From assembly GCA_947593925.1 (NCBI GenBank), contig CANQDU010000007.1, positions 18,408 to 82,407 on the forward strand: a stretch of DNA of 64,000 nt, in the 5' to 3' direction. The notes beneath the pieces are model-generated. The model was not told the DNA's origin. It was given only the letters and a program-made list of their open reading frames with translations, and made no database searches. Shown here piece by piece: positions 43,916-53,539 of this stretch. Position 1 is the stretch's first letter. Each line of letters opens with the position of its first letter. The stretch is from an uncultured Clostridia bacterium (GTDB lineage Bacteria > Bacillota > Clostridia > Oscillospirales > JAAYOS01). The position numbers were made by a program, and so were the translations under genes.

Positions 43916-45117
43916 AGAAGAAATCGGGAAGCGGCTTCCGCCGCGCCGTCCTCGCAGTATTCGGAGACGAGCGCCGGCAGTCGATAACGATACCGGTGTT
44001 CGCGGTCGTGCTGAGCCTGCTTGCCTCCGCCGTGATGCTCCTCGCCCTCGGGAAGGACCCGATAAACGCATTCCTCGGTATGCTTCGCGGATGCGGCATA
44101 GTCCCGAAGGCAAACTACGCCGCAAAGACCGGAATGCTCACCGACTTTATGAGCTTCCTCAACGTCCTCGCGCCGATGATATTCGCGGCGCTCGCGGTGG
44201 CGGTAGCCTCCAAGACCGGACTTTTCAACATCGGTATCTCCGGTCAGATGCTCTTTGCCGGATTTATAGCCACGGTGGTCGTGGGGTACAGCGACCTTCC
44301 GGCGGCCGCGGCGCTGCCGCTCGTGATAATAATCGGCGTCACGGCGGGCGCGCTCGTAGGCGGAATAATAGGATTTCTCAAGTACAGGTTCAACATCAAC
44401 GAGGTCGTAAGCTCGATAATGCTGAACTACATAATCCAGTATGTCGTATCCTTCTTCATAAATATGTATTACGTCGATCCGGTGTCGCGCCAGTCGATGT
44501 ACATCAGCAACGCATCCCGCCTCACCATCACCGGCGTCGAGATATTCGGCATGAAGGCGGATCTGCCGCTTGCGATGCTGCTCGTTCCTCCCGCGATAAT
44601 CTTTGCGAAGGTGCTCTTCGACCGCACAAAGATCGGTTATGAGATGAAGAGCGTCGGCCTCAGCCGCAACGCGGCGAGGTACGCGGGTATGAGCGTCGGA
44701 AAGAACATGGTCCTGTCGATGCTCGTTTCGGGAGCGCTCGCGGGGCTCGCGGGCGTCGCGTACTACCTCGGCTACTTCAACTCGATACAGCCGGGCGTGC
44801 TCACAAGCGTCGGCTTTGACTCGATAGCGGTGTCGATACTCGGAAACTACAACCCGGTCGGCATATTCTTCTCGTCCTTCCTTATCACGATAGTGTCCAA
44901 GGGAAGCACGTATATGTCGAGCTCCGCCGCTATCCCGCAGGAGATAGCCTCGATAATTACGGGACTTATCCTCGTCGTGAGCGCGTGTACCTTCTTTATA
45001 CGCACGAAGCTCGCGCGGATGAAGGAGCGCGAGATCGAGAGCCGCAAGGCGGCGGAGGCGGCGACGCCGGACGAGCCCGTCCCTGCGGCGGAGGACAGCA
45101 AAGGAGGCGAGCGGTAA
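43912..45117 (+). CDS. ABC transporter permease (YufP/NupP-like)
   Basis: 401 aa polytopic protein. Its start overlaps the ATPase stop by 4 nt. Confidence 0.8.
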   Translation: MKKKSGSGFRRAVLAVFGDERRQSITIPVFAVVLSLLASAVMLLALGKDPINAFLGMLRGCGIVPKANYAAKTGMLTDFMSFLNVLAPMIFAALAVAVASKTGLFNIGISGQMLFAGFIATVVVGYSDLPAAAALPLVIIIGVTAGALVGGIIGFLKYRFNINEVVSSIMLNYIIQYVVSFFINMYYVDPVSRQSMYISNASRLTITGVEIFGMKADLPLAMLLVPPAIIFAKVLFDRTKIGYEMKSVGLSRNAARYAGMSVGKNMVLSMLVSGALAGLAGVAYYLGYFNSIQPGVLTSVGFDSIAVSILGNYNPVGIFFSSFLITIVSKGSTYMSSSAAIPQEIASIITGLILVVSACTFFIRTKLARMKEREIESRKAAEAATPDEPVPAAEDSKGGER

Positions 45118-46062
45118 ATGGAAACCTTTATAAGCGACGGCCTTTCCTTCGCACTGCCGCTCTTTGTCATAGCGATAGGCGGCATCTACAGCGAGCGGAG
45201 CGGTATAACTAACCTCGCTCTCGAGGGTATGCTCGGCATGGGCGCGTTTGTTGGCGCGCTCGCGGTCGTGCTCCTCACGAACGGAGCGTTCGCCGGGGAG
45301 TTCTACCTTGCGATGCTCTTTGCGTGCCTCGGCGGAGCGCTGTTTGCGGTCATACACGCGGTGCTCTGCATCAACTTCCGCGCAAATCAGGTCATAAGCG
45401 GCGTTGTCATCAACATACTTGCGACGGCGCTCGCGGCGTTCCTTGCAAAGCTGATAAACGCCTCGGTGTTCGGCCAGAACTCCAACAAGTTCCAGCTCAG
45501 CACCGCGCCTACGCTCGGGACGATAATCCCCGGCATCAGCGGAGTTCCGGTCCTCGGGAAGATGTATGTGTTCGTGCCGATAATACTCGTCGTGGCGCTC
45601 ATAGCGTGGTTCATACTCTATAAGACGCGCTTCGGAATGCATCTCCGCGCCTGCGGCGACAATCCGCACGCGGTCGATGCGGCGGGCGGAAACGTCGCGC
45701 GCACCCGCTTTATCGCGGTCCTCGCGTCCGGCGCGTTGAGCGGCATAGGCGGAATCTGCTTTGCATACTATATAGCCGCGAACTTCTCGCCGAGCATCTT
45801 CATGGGCTACGGCTACCTGTCGATAGCGGCGCTGATATTCGGCAACTGGCGCGTCATGCCGACGCTTGCGGCCTGCCTGCTCTTCGGGTTTGCACGTTCG
45901 GGCGGATACGCCGTGGCGAAGCTGCTCGCGCTTCCGAGCACCTTCTCAAACCTCATCATGACTCTGCCGTATATCGTGACGCTGCTTCTGTTGGTGTTCT
46001 TCTCGAAGACGAACCGCGCTCCGCGCGCCCTCGGCGAGATATACGACAAGGGAAAACGGTAA
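45118..46062 (+). CDS. ABC transporter permease (YufQ/NupQ-like)
   Basis: 314 aa polytopic protein. It starts immediately after the previous stop. Confidence 0.8.
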   Translation: METFISDGLSFALPLFVIAIGGIYSERSGITNLALEGMLGMGAFVGALAVVLLTNGAFAGEFYLAMLFACLGGALFAVIHAVLCINFRANQVISGVVINILATALAAFLAKLINASVFGQNSNKFQLSTAPTLGTIIPGISGVPVLGKMYVFVPIILVVALIAWFILYKTRFGMHLRACGDNPHAVDAAGGNVARTRFIAVLASGALSGIGGICFAYYIAANFSPSIFMGYGYLSIAALIFGNWRVMPTLAACLLFGFARSGGYAVAKLLALPSTFSNLIMTLPYIVTLLLLVFFSKTNRAPRALGEIYDKGKR

Positions 46063-46131
46063 AACAGAAAACTGTGATTTGAAAGATCTGCCGAGCTTTG
46101 CCACTTGTGGTGACAAGATATTCAGATATTT

Positions 46132-46309
46132 ATTTTTTCCGGCGGCGTGTACGGCGGAAAAAATACTTTGCACGAAGCGTGCGTCGATTTTCCGCCTTTG
46201 GCGGAAAACTCGGCGCGAAGCGTAGTGTTCTCGCGGCAAATTGGTAAGCGAGCGTAGCGAGCGCGATTTGCCGCGAAAAATTTCAGGGCAGGTACAAACC
46301 TGCCCTGAA
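46132..46309. repeat. Cluster of 5-6 dissimilar stem-loops between the ABC operon and uxaC
   Basis: TTTTTTCCG...CGGAAAAAA (46132..46162), GCACG-aag-CGTGC, TTTTCCGCC-ttt-GGCGGAAAA, TCGCGGCAAAT-24 nt-ATTTGCCGCGA (46230..46276) and TTCAGGGCAGGT-acaa-ACCTGCCCTGAA (46282..46309). Confidence 0.75.
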
Positions 46310-46345
46310 TTATATGATATATGAATAGAGTGAAGGAGCGGAGAA

Positions 46346-47734
46346 ATGAAAGAAAACGTCTTTTTGAGGAGCCCGGCGGCGGAGAGGCTGTACGCCGGGG
46401 TGAAGGATCTTCCTATAATAGACTTCCACTGCCACCTCTCCCCGGAGGAGCTGTACCTCGACCGGCCGTTTGAGAACATCGGCGAGATGTGGCTCTCGGG
46501 CGACCACTACAAGTGGCGGCTCATGCGAGAGGCTGGCATAGACGAGCGCCTCATTACCGGCGACGCGCCGTGGGAGGAGAAGTTCGAAGCCTACGCCGGA
46601 TGCGTGGAGCTCGCCGTCGGGAACCCGCTCTATCATTGGACGGCGCTCGAGCTAGAGCGGTACTTCGGCGTCACCGAGCCGCTCACGGCGGAGAACGCGC
46701 GCGGGATATACGAAAGAGTCGGAGAGAGGATAAGGGAGACGCGGCTTTCGCCCCGGAAGTGCGTCGAGATGATGAATGTCGAGTACGTCTGCACGACCGA
46801 CGACCCGGCGGACGACCTCGTCTGGCACCGCCGCTTCGAGGACGACCGCAGGGCGGGGCGGAACCCTCTTCCGGCAAGGATAGCTCCCGCGTTCCGCGCG
46901 GACAACGTCGCGAACATCCGCAGGAAGGGCTACGGAGAGTACATCGAAAGGCTGGGACGCACGGCGGGCGTCGAAATAAGGTCGCTTCACGACTTGGAGG
47001 AGGCACTTTGCCGCCGGCTCGACGACTTCTGCGCGCTCGGGTGCCGGTTCGCGGACGTCGGAGTGGAGGGACTGCCCTCCGCAGAGTGCTCGAGCGAGCG
47101 CGCCGGAGAGATATTCGAGAGCGCCGTCGCGGGACGGTACGAGGCGGGTATGCCGGAGGAGGACTACTCCGCGTGGCTCGGTTACATCTACCGCTTCCTT
47201 GCCGGGGAGTACGCGGCGCGCGGCATGGTGTCGCAGCTCCACTTTGCGGCAAAACGCAACCCGCGCACCGCGCTCTTTGAGAGCTTCGGCCCGGACGCCG
47301 GTACCGACTGCGCGTCCGGAGCGGTGAGCCCCTCGGTGCTCGCGGACTTCCTTGACAGCTGCGAGCGCGGCGCGGGACTTCCGGAGACGATAGTCTACAC
47401 GCTCGAACCCTCGAACGCGGCGGCGCTCGCGAGCGCGGCGTTCAGCTTCCCGAGAGTGAAGATGGGCGCGGCGTGGTGGTTCCACGATACGCTCGGCGGG
47501 ATAGCCCGACAGCTTGAGACGGTGGCGGAGGCGGGATACCTCGCCGCCTTCCCGGGAATGCTCACCGACAGCCGCAGCTTCCTCTCCTATCCGCGCCACG
47601 ACTTCTACCGCCGTATAGCCGCGAGCGTGCTCGGCGAGTGGATAGAGCGCGGCGAGGCCGAGGAGGCCGCGTGCGTGAAGGTGATGCGCAGAATATGTTA
47701 CGACAACGCCGCGAAGATGGCGTTCGGAAAATGA
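46346..47734 (+). CDS. uxaC: Glucuronate isomerase
   Basis: 462 aa. LPIIDFHCHLSPEE...SGDHYKWRLMR is the UxaC N-terminal signature. Confidence 0.9.
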   Translation: MKENVFLRSPAAERLYAGVKDLPIIDFHCHLSPEELYLDRPFENIGEMWLSGDHYKWRLMREAGIDERLITGDAPWEEKFEAYAGCVELAVGNPLYHWTALELERYFGVTEPLTAENARGIYERVGERIRETRLSPRKCVEMMNVEYVCTTDDPADDLVWHRRFEDDRRAGRNPLPARIAPAFRADNVANIRRKGYGEYIERLGRTAGVEIRSLHDLEEALCRRLDDFCALGCRFADVGVEGLPSAECSSERAGEIFESAVAGRYEAGMPEEDYSAWLGYIYRFLAGEYAARGMVSQLHFAAKRNPRTALFESFGPDAGTDCASGAVSPSVLADFLDSCERGAGLPETIVYTLEPSNAAALASAAFSFPRVKMGAAWWFHDTLGGIARQLETVAEAGYLAAFPGMLTDSRSFLSYPRHDFYRRIAASVLGEWIERGEAEEAACVKVMRRICYDNAAKMAFGK

Positions 47735-47780
47735 CCGTTCGCCCGCCGCGGGCGACGAGACAACGTAAGGAGGGACAGAG

Positions 47781-48545
47781 TTGATAGTAGGAGCACAGGG
47801 CTACACCGTCCGCGCGTTCGCGCAGGACGAGGCGGGCATAGCGGAGACGATGAAGAAGTTGGCCGCGATAGGGTACAAAACCCTGCAGGTGTCGGCGTTC
47901 GCGCCGATCGCGCCGGAGAGGATGCGGGAGCTTGCGGACGAGGCGGGACTTAGGATAGTCGTCACCCACACGAATCAGGACCGCATAATGAACGAGCCGG
48001 AGGCGGTCGCGCGCGAGCATGAAATCTACGGCTGCAAAAACGTCGGGATAGGCATGATGCCGCAGAGATACGTCGGCAGCGTCGAGGGCTTGCGCGCGTT
48101 CCTGCACGACTTCGACCGCGCGGCGCGGGTCTTCCGCGAGCGCGGGATGAAGCTGCACTACCACAATCACTGCTTCGAGTACCAGCGCTTCGGCGGCGCG
48201 CCGCTCATCGACATCATGGCGGACGAGACCGATCCCGATCTCTGGGGCTTCATCCTTGACCTCTTTTGGGTGCAGGCGGGCGGCAGGAACCCCGCAAGTG
48301 AGCTCCGCCGCTTCGAGGGGCGCGTGGATATATGCCACTTCAAGGACTACGCCGTCGAGGGCTGGGACAAGCGCTTCGCGCCGGTGATGAAGGGCAACCT
48401 CGAGTGGGACGAGATATTCGAGGCTTGCCGCGACACCGGCGTGGAGTACGCGATGGTCGAGCAGGACGACGCCTACGGGCGCGACCCGTTCGACGAGCTG
48501 CGCATCAGCCACGACAACCTGAAGAAAGCGGGGCTTGACTTCTGA
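47781..48545 (+). CDS. Sugar phosphate isomerase/epimerase family protein (xylose isomerase-like TIM barrel)
   Basis: 254 aa. TTG start 7 nt after AAGGAGGGA. The family pattern includes LHYHNHCFEY and ICHFKD. Confidence 0.75.
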   Translation: MIVGAQGYTVRAFAQDEAGIAETMKKLAAIGYKTLQVSAFAPIAPERMRELADEAGLRIVVTHTNQDRIMNEPEAVAREHEIYGCKNVGIGMMPQRYVGSVEGLRAFLHDFDRAARVFRERGMKLHYHNHCFEYQRFGGAPLIDIMADETDPDLWGFILDLFWVQAGGRNPASELRRFEGRVDICHFKDYAVEGWDKRFAPVMKGNLEWDEIFEACRDTGVEYAMVEQDDAYGRDPFDELRISHDNLKKAGLDF

Positions 48546-49399
48546 TGACGGATTTCAGGCTTTGCGCGTTTGCCGACGAGGCGTCGGGCGACCTTGCGGG
48601 GCAGATTGAGGCTCTGCACCGGAACGGTATGCGCCTTATCGAGATACGGAATGTCGGGGGAAAGACTGTCACCGACCTCACGGACGGGGAGCTCGACGCC
48701 GTCGCGGAGACGCTTCACGCCGCGGGGATAGAGGTGTGGAGCATCGGCTCGCCGCTCGGCAAGACGCGGCTCGGAGACGCGGAGGAGAACCGCCGCCGCT
48801 TCGAGCGGTCTATAGAGGCGGCGAAGCGCCTCGGCACGGCGCGGGTGCGGATGTTCAGCTACTACGTCTCCGAGGAGGAGGCGGAGGGCGAGGCGGACGC
48901 GATATTCGCGGAGCTGAGGCGGATGGCGGAGCTTGCGGAGAAGGAGGGAGTCCTTCTCTGCCACGAGAACGAGAAGGGCATATACGGCGCGACGGCGGAA
49001 CGGACGCTCCGTCTGCTCGAGGCCGTGCCGTCGCTCGGCTCGGTCTTCGACCCGGCAAACTACATACAGTGCGGCGAGCGCCCGGACGAGATATTCCCGC
49101 AGTTTGCAGCGCGGACGACATATCTTCACATCAAGGACGCGCTCGCGGAGGACGGCACGGTAGTCCCGTCCGGCGAGGGAGACGGCGGCGTCGCGAGGAT
49201 AATAGATATGTTCGCGGAGAAGGGGAGCGGGCGCGTGCTCACGCTCGAACCGCATCTTTTCAGCTTCATCGGGCTCAAAAACCTGCAAACCGAGGAATTA
49301 AAGCACAAATTCAGCTACTCCACGCCGGACGAGGCATTCGACGCCGGCGCGGACGCGCTGAAAAGGATACTTGACAGAGGAGGATACAGCTATGAGTGA
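48545..49399 (+). CDS. Sugar phosphate isomerase/epimerase family protein (xylose isomerase-like TIM barrel)
   Basis: 284 aa. Motifs LCHENEKGIYG, FDPANYIQ and LHIKDA. Its ATG overlaps the previous stop. Confidence 0.75.
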   Translation: MTDFRLCAFADEASGDLAGQIEALHRNGMRLIEIRNVGGKTVTDLTDGELDAVAETLHAAGIEVWSIGSPLGKTRLGDAEENRRRFERSIEAAKRLGTARVRMFSYYVSEEEAEGEADAIFAELRRMAELAEKEGVLLCHENEKGIYGATAERTLRLLEAVPSLGSVFDPANYIQCGERPDEIFPQFAARTTYLHIKDALAEDGTVVPSGEGDGGVARIIDMFAEKGSGRVLTLEPHLFSFIGLKNLQTEELKHKFSYSTPDEAFDAGADALKRILDRGGYSYE

Positions 49400-50567
49400 A
49401 CTTAATGTAGGCATCATCGGCATAGGCAACATGGGAAGCGCGCATTCGAAAAACATCCTTGAGGGCAAGGTCGAGGGTATGCGCCTCGCGGCGGTGTGCG
49501 ACATATCGCCCGCCAAGCTCGACTGGGCGAAGGAGAACCTGCCGGGCGTACCGCTCTTTGCGGACGCGCGGGAGATGATAAAGAGCGGGCTTATCGACAC
49601 GCTGATCGTCGCGACGCCGCACTATCTGCATCCGCCGCTCGCGATGGCGGGCTTCGACGCGGGACTGAACGTGCTCATAGAAAAGCCGGCGGGCGTGTAC
49701 ACCTCCGCCGTCGAGAAGATGAACGAGGCGGCAAAAAAGAGCGGCAAGGTGTTCGGGATAATGTTCAACCAGCGCACGAACCCGCAATTCCGCAAGATAC
49801 GCGAGCTGATACGCTCCGGCGAGATAGGCGAGCCGAAGCGCCTCGTGTGGATCATCACCAACTGGTACCGCACCCAGAGCTATTACGACTCCGGCTCGTG
49901 GCGCGCCACATGGGCAGGCGAGGGCGGAGGCGTCCTGCTCAATCAGGCCCCGCACCAGCTCGACCTCTGGCAGTGGATGTTCGGCATGCCGCAGAGAGTC
50001 TGGGCGCGCTGCCGCTACGGCCACTGGCATAACGTCGAGATAGAGGATGACGTGACGGCCTACGCCGAGTACGACAACGGCGCGAGCGCGACCTTCATCA
50101 CCACCACCGGCGAGTATCCCGGCACGAACCGCCTCGAGATAAGCGGCGACCGCGCGAAGCTCGTCTGGGAGGGCGGCAAGCTCAGAATGTGGAAGCTCGA
50201 CGAGCCGGAGCGCGAGGTCTGCTTTACGTCAAAGCAGGGATTTGCGACGCCGCCCGTCACCGAGCTCGAACCGGAGTGCCCCGGCGTTGAGACCGCGCAC
50301 GTCGGCATACTCCAAAACTTTGCGAACGCCGTTTTGCACGGCGAGGAGTTGATAGCCCCCGGCTATGACGGCATAAACGGCCTCACTCTCTCGAACGCGA
50401 TGCACCTCAGCGACTGGACGGGAAAGATGGTCGAGCTGCCGCTTGACACCGAGCTCTTTGAGAAGTACCTCGACGAGCGCCGCAGGACCTCCAAGGTCAA
50501 AACGGAGGTCGAGGGCGCGCCGGAGGACATACGCGGGACTTATAACGATCGCTGGAACGTAAGATAA
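49392..50567 (+). CDS. Gfo/Idh/MocA family oxidoreductase
   Basis: The likely start is the ATG at 49392 (MSELNVGIIGIGNMGSAH) after GAGGAGGA, inside track ORF 49371..50567. An EKPAG motif is present. Confidence 0.85.
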   Translation: MSELNVGIIGIGNMGSAHSKNILEGKVEGMRLAAVCDISPAKLDWAKENLPGVPLFADAREMIKSGLIDTLIVATPHYLHPPLAMAGFDAGLNVLIEKPAGVYTSAVEKMNEAAKKSGKVFGIMFNQRTNPQFRKIRELIRSGEIGEPKRLVWIITNWYRTQSYYDSGSWRATWAGEGGGVLLNQAPHQLDLWQWMFGMPQRVWARCRYGHWHNVEIEDDVTAYAEYDNGASATFITTTGEYPGTNRLEISGDRAKLVWEGGKLRMWKLDEPEREVCFTSKQGFATPPVTELEPECPGVETAHVGILQNFANAVLHGEELIAPGYDGINGLTLSNAMHLSDWTGKMVELPLDTELFEKYLDERRRTSKVKTEVEGAPEDIRGTYNDRWNVR

Positions 50568-50602
50568 AGTTGCGGCCTCAATATGCAAGTTTTAGCAGAC
50601 AG

Positions 50603-50641
50603 AAGGAGTGCGGAACATCCTGTTCCGCACTCCTTTTCTGC
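50603..50641 (+). terminator. Intrinsic terminator after the uxaC/TIM/TIM/oxidoreductase operon
   Basis: AAGGAGTGCGGAAC-atcct-GTTCCGCACTCCTT (14-bp stem) followed by TTCTGCATTTTC. Confidence 0.7.
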
Positions 50642-50653
50642 ATTTTCATAATC

Positions 50654-53329
50654 TCAGAATTTCAGCACCGGGTCGCGGAGCAGGCCGGACGGAGCGGTGA
50701 ACTCCGCGCCGGTGAGGTAGCTCGGCGCGGCGCCGCTCATGGCGTTCGCGAGCGTATTCGTGACCTCTATGGCGATATGGTTCCTGCCCGCGACGAGGCG
50801 GCCGGAGCAGTCGAAGCGGTAGGGCGGCGCTATGCGCGCGCCGGCCTTCTCGCCGTTCACCCAGACCTCGGCAAACTCGAAAGCCTCCGGCAGCTCAAGC
50901 ACGGCGGCGTCGTGCGCGCGGTCGAGCGTGAAGTCAAGCTCATACCGCGCCGTGCCGGAAAAGCCGGGCTTCAGGACCTCGAGGTTATGAAGTTCCTTCA
51001 TCCTTACCGCGCCGGAGAAGGTCGGGTATTCCTTTGCGGAGGCGAAGGCGACCGTCCACTCGCCGCTGAGCGTCCGCGACTCGCCCGTGAGCTTCGGGGC
51101 TCGGGAGAGCCCGACGACGTCCTCCGCAAAGTCTACGATAACCGACTCGTAGGGTTCGAGGCGGAGACGGAGCGTGACGCCGCCGTTCTCCGTGCGGAAG
51201 TCCGCCGCTCGGAGGACGTTTTCGTATCCGTCATAGATGACAGGCGTGCCGGAGGCGGGGAAGGACACCTCGCCGTCGAACACGTCGCCCGCGCTCTCGT
51301 TTGAGAGCATGTAGAGGTGGTCGCCCTTCTCGTAGTGGTAGACGCGGAGGTCGGGGAAGAAGCGGTCGGGCGTGACCTCCGCAAGTCCCTTCTTTATGAG
51401 AATGTCCGCGAGCGCGGCGGTCGGAACGACCTCCGCCGCGTGAAGACCCTCGAATGCGTCGGCGTTCTCCTCGGGAGTGCCGCCGAGGACGCCGAGCGGC
51501 ATCCTCTCGGTGATGTACACCGCAAAGCCGGACTTTACCGCCTCCGCCGCGAACCTCGCCGCGTGGTACGGGACGTAGTCACAGCCGGGAATTATGAGGC
51601 AGTCGTAGGTTTCGTCCGCGACGTGCAGACGTCCGTCGAAGGAGTGCGGGTAGCCCTCGCGGTCGTCCCAGACGTCGGAGGGCAGGAAGTCGAAGTCTAT
51701 CTGATGCTCCGCGAGCGCCCGCGCGGGCTTCTGCATGAACTGCGCGTCGCCCATCCACTGACTTTCGCCGTGGTAGAGTATCGCCGCGCGGCAGCGGTGA
51801 GTTCCGTCCGAGAGGACGTGGCACATGCGGTTCATGTACCGCGCGAGCAGTCCGAAGGGACGGTAGAGCGGGTTGTTCCCGCGCGCGTAGAAGTGCGGAG
51901 GGCAGTCGCTGTCCGGGAAGTCCTTGGGGGAGAACGCGTGCGGGACGAAGCGGTTCACGCCGCGCACGAGGAAGTGGTCGGCGAGGTACTTCATCAGGCG
52001 CGTGCCCTCGCTCCAGCCGTAAGCGCCGAATATCTCGCACATCGTCCGTCCCCGCTTGCGCGGGTCGATGTGCCCGAGCGACGGACCGAGCTTGCCGAGC
52101 GCGTAGTGGTAGAACTCGCAGTCGCGGTCGGTAAAGAGACCCGCGCGCTTTCCGTTTCCGCCGCCGAAGGTGACCTGTCCGCCGATGTCGTCGATGCCGG
52201 ACATGTGCTGCCCGCGCAGTGCGCGGAAGAAGTGACCCATGCTCGAGCCGAGGCGGGCGTGCTGGTTCTCGTCCTCGATGATGTGGCCTATGTACTCGAC
52301 GCCGTGCGCCGCGCACCAGTCGCCGATGGCGCGGCTGAAGTTGCGCTCTATAAGCCGCGTGAGCGCGTCCATATACGCGCGGCGGACTTCCGCCGTGTGC
52401 GCGCGGTCGGAGGTCTCGCGCCAGAGCGCGGGAAGGTCCGCCTCAAACGTCCCGCCGAGCGACGAGCGCAGAGCGGAAATGAGCTCCTCGGAGTAGGGGA
52501 GCGCCATGTCGTTGCGGCCGATGTCTTCGCTAAACATGAAGCCGACACAGTTGTCTATGCACGGCTCGTCCGAGAAAAAGCCCGCGATCGTGTTTCCAAA
52601 CTCGGCGGCGTAGTGCTCCCAGTGCGGCTCGTATACCGCCTCTATCTGGAGCGCGGCGCTCTCCGCATCCGCCCAGTTGAGGTAGCTCGCGCGTCCGCCG
52701 CCGGTGCGGCTCACTACTATGAAAAAGACGCGCCACTCGCCGCCCGGAACGTCCCATGTGAGAACGCCGTCGGAGATGTGGCTGTCAAGCACGACCGCCT
52801 CACCGAGAGTTCCGTCCCGCTCCATACGCCGCGCGACGGCGGCGAGGAGGAAGTCGTCCTTCGGGAGCTCGGGGGTCGCAAGTCCCCGGTTCATTATCGC
52901 CGCCATGTCGATGCCCATAGCGGGGGACGGAGGCGGGTTCAGCAGCGACGCGGCGTTGAAGCGCGCGCCGGGGAGCGGTCCCGCGACCGGGACCTCGGTG
53001 AACTTGAGGTACTGCTTTGTCTTGTCGGCGTGACCCTTCGCGAGAATGCCGTTCGCGTAGCCGGTGGGGAAGTGCGCGTCGTCAAGTATCCAGACCTTCA
53101 TCCCGCGCTTCTTCGCCTCGTCGAGAATGACGTCCATGTCCGCCCACCACTTCGGGCCGCAGAAGTCGGGGTGCGGACGGCTCTCGACGCAGAACGCGCC
53201 GATGCCGCAGTCGTGTATCTTCCCTATGACCTCGCGCAGAACGGACTCGCTCTCGCCGTGCTGCCAGAAGAACGGGAAAAGATAGTTCCCGTTTTCGCCG
53301 CGCAGAGCTTCAAGAATACTCTTTTCCAT
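50654..53329 (-). CDS. Large putative glycoside hydrolase of unassigned family, with a TIM-barrel-like N-terminal region and a C-terminal galactose-binding-like jelly roll
   Basis: The start is the ATG at 53329 (MEKSILEALRGENGNYLFPFFWQHGE...) after GGGAGG, inside track ORF 50654..53452. The C-terminal ...VWVNGEKAGARIAPPYRFD...GRNHIAIEVTNTLAN resembles GH2-type sugar-binding domains. The family could not be assigned by eye. Confidence 0.5.
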   Translation of the reverse strand: MEKSILEALRGENGNYLFPFFWQHGESESVLREVIGKIHDCGIGAFCVESRPHPDFCGPKWWADMDVILDEAKKRGMKVWILDDAHFPTGYANGILAKGHADKTKQYLKFTEVPVAGPLPGARFNAASLLNPPPSPAMGIDMAAIMNRGLATPELPKDDFLLAAVARRMERDGTLGEAVVLDSHISDGVLTWDVPGGEWRVFFIVVSRTGGGRASYLNWADAESAALQIEAVYEPHWEHYAAEFGNTIAGFFSDEPCIDNCVGFMFSEDIGRNDMALPYSEELISALRSSLGGTFEADLPALWRETSDRAHTAEVRRAYMDALTRLIERNFSRAIGDWCAAHGVEYIGHIIEDENQHARLGSSMGHFFRALRGQHMSGIDDIGGQVTFGGGNGKRAGLFTDRDCEFYHYALGKLGPSLGHIDPRKRGRTMCEIFGAYGWSEGTRLMKYLADHFLVRGVNRFVPHAFSPKDFPDSDCPPHFYARGNNPLYRPFGLLARYMNRMCHVLSDGTHRCRAAILYHGESQWMGDAQFMQKPARALAEHQIDFDFLPSDVWDDREGYPHSFDGRLHVADETYDCLIIPGCDYVPYHAARFAAEAVKSGFAVYITERMPLGVLGGTPEENADAFEGLHAAEVVPTAALADILIKKGLAEVTPDRFFPDLRVYHYEKGDHLYMLSNESAGDVFDGEVSFPASGTPVIYDGYENVLRAADFRTENGGVTLRLRLEPYESVIVDFAEDVVGLSRAPKLTGESRTLSGEWTVAFASAKEYPTFSGAVRMKELHNLEVLKPGFSGTARYELDFTLDRAHDAAVLELPEAFEFAEVWVNGEKAGARIAPPYRFDCSGRLVAGRNHIAIEVTNTLANAMSGAAPSYLTGAEFTAPSGLLRDPVLKF

Positions 53330-53390
53330 AATGACCTCCCTGATAGTACCGGCGGAGCGCTCCGCCGGGCGTATGTATTTTATTGACACT

Positions 53391-53419
53391 ATTGTAGCAC
53401 ACAGCGGCGGCGTTTTCAA
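53391..53419 (-). promoter_or_regulatory. Putative promoter of the large GH gene
   Basis: The minus strand reads TTGAAA-17 nt-TACAAT. Confidence 0.45.
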
Positions 53420-53470
53420 TGACCGCCGCATTATCGCAACGCTTTCGGGCAAGGTTGGCGGGATTTGCGC

Positions 53471-53499
53471 TTGTGCTCCTACCCGACTAATGGTATAAT
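53471..53499 (+). promoter_or_regulatory. Putative promoter of the GH2 gene
   Basis: TTGTGC-17 nt-TATAAT with an extended -10 TG (TGgTATAAT). Confidence 0.4.
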
Positions 53500-53539
53500 T
53501 TTACCATAACCATATTACCTGTACGGGAGGGAAAACAAA

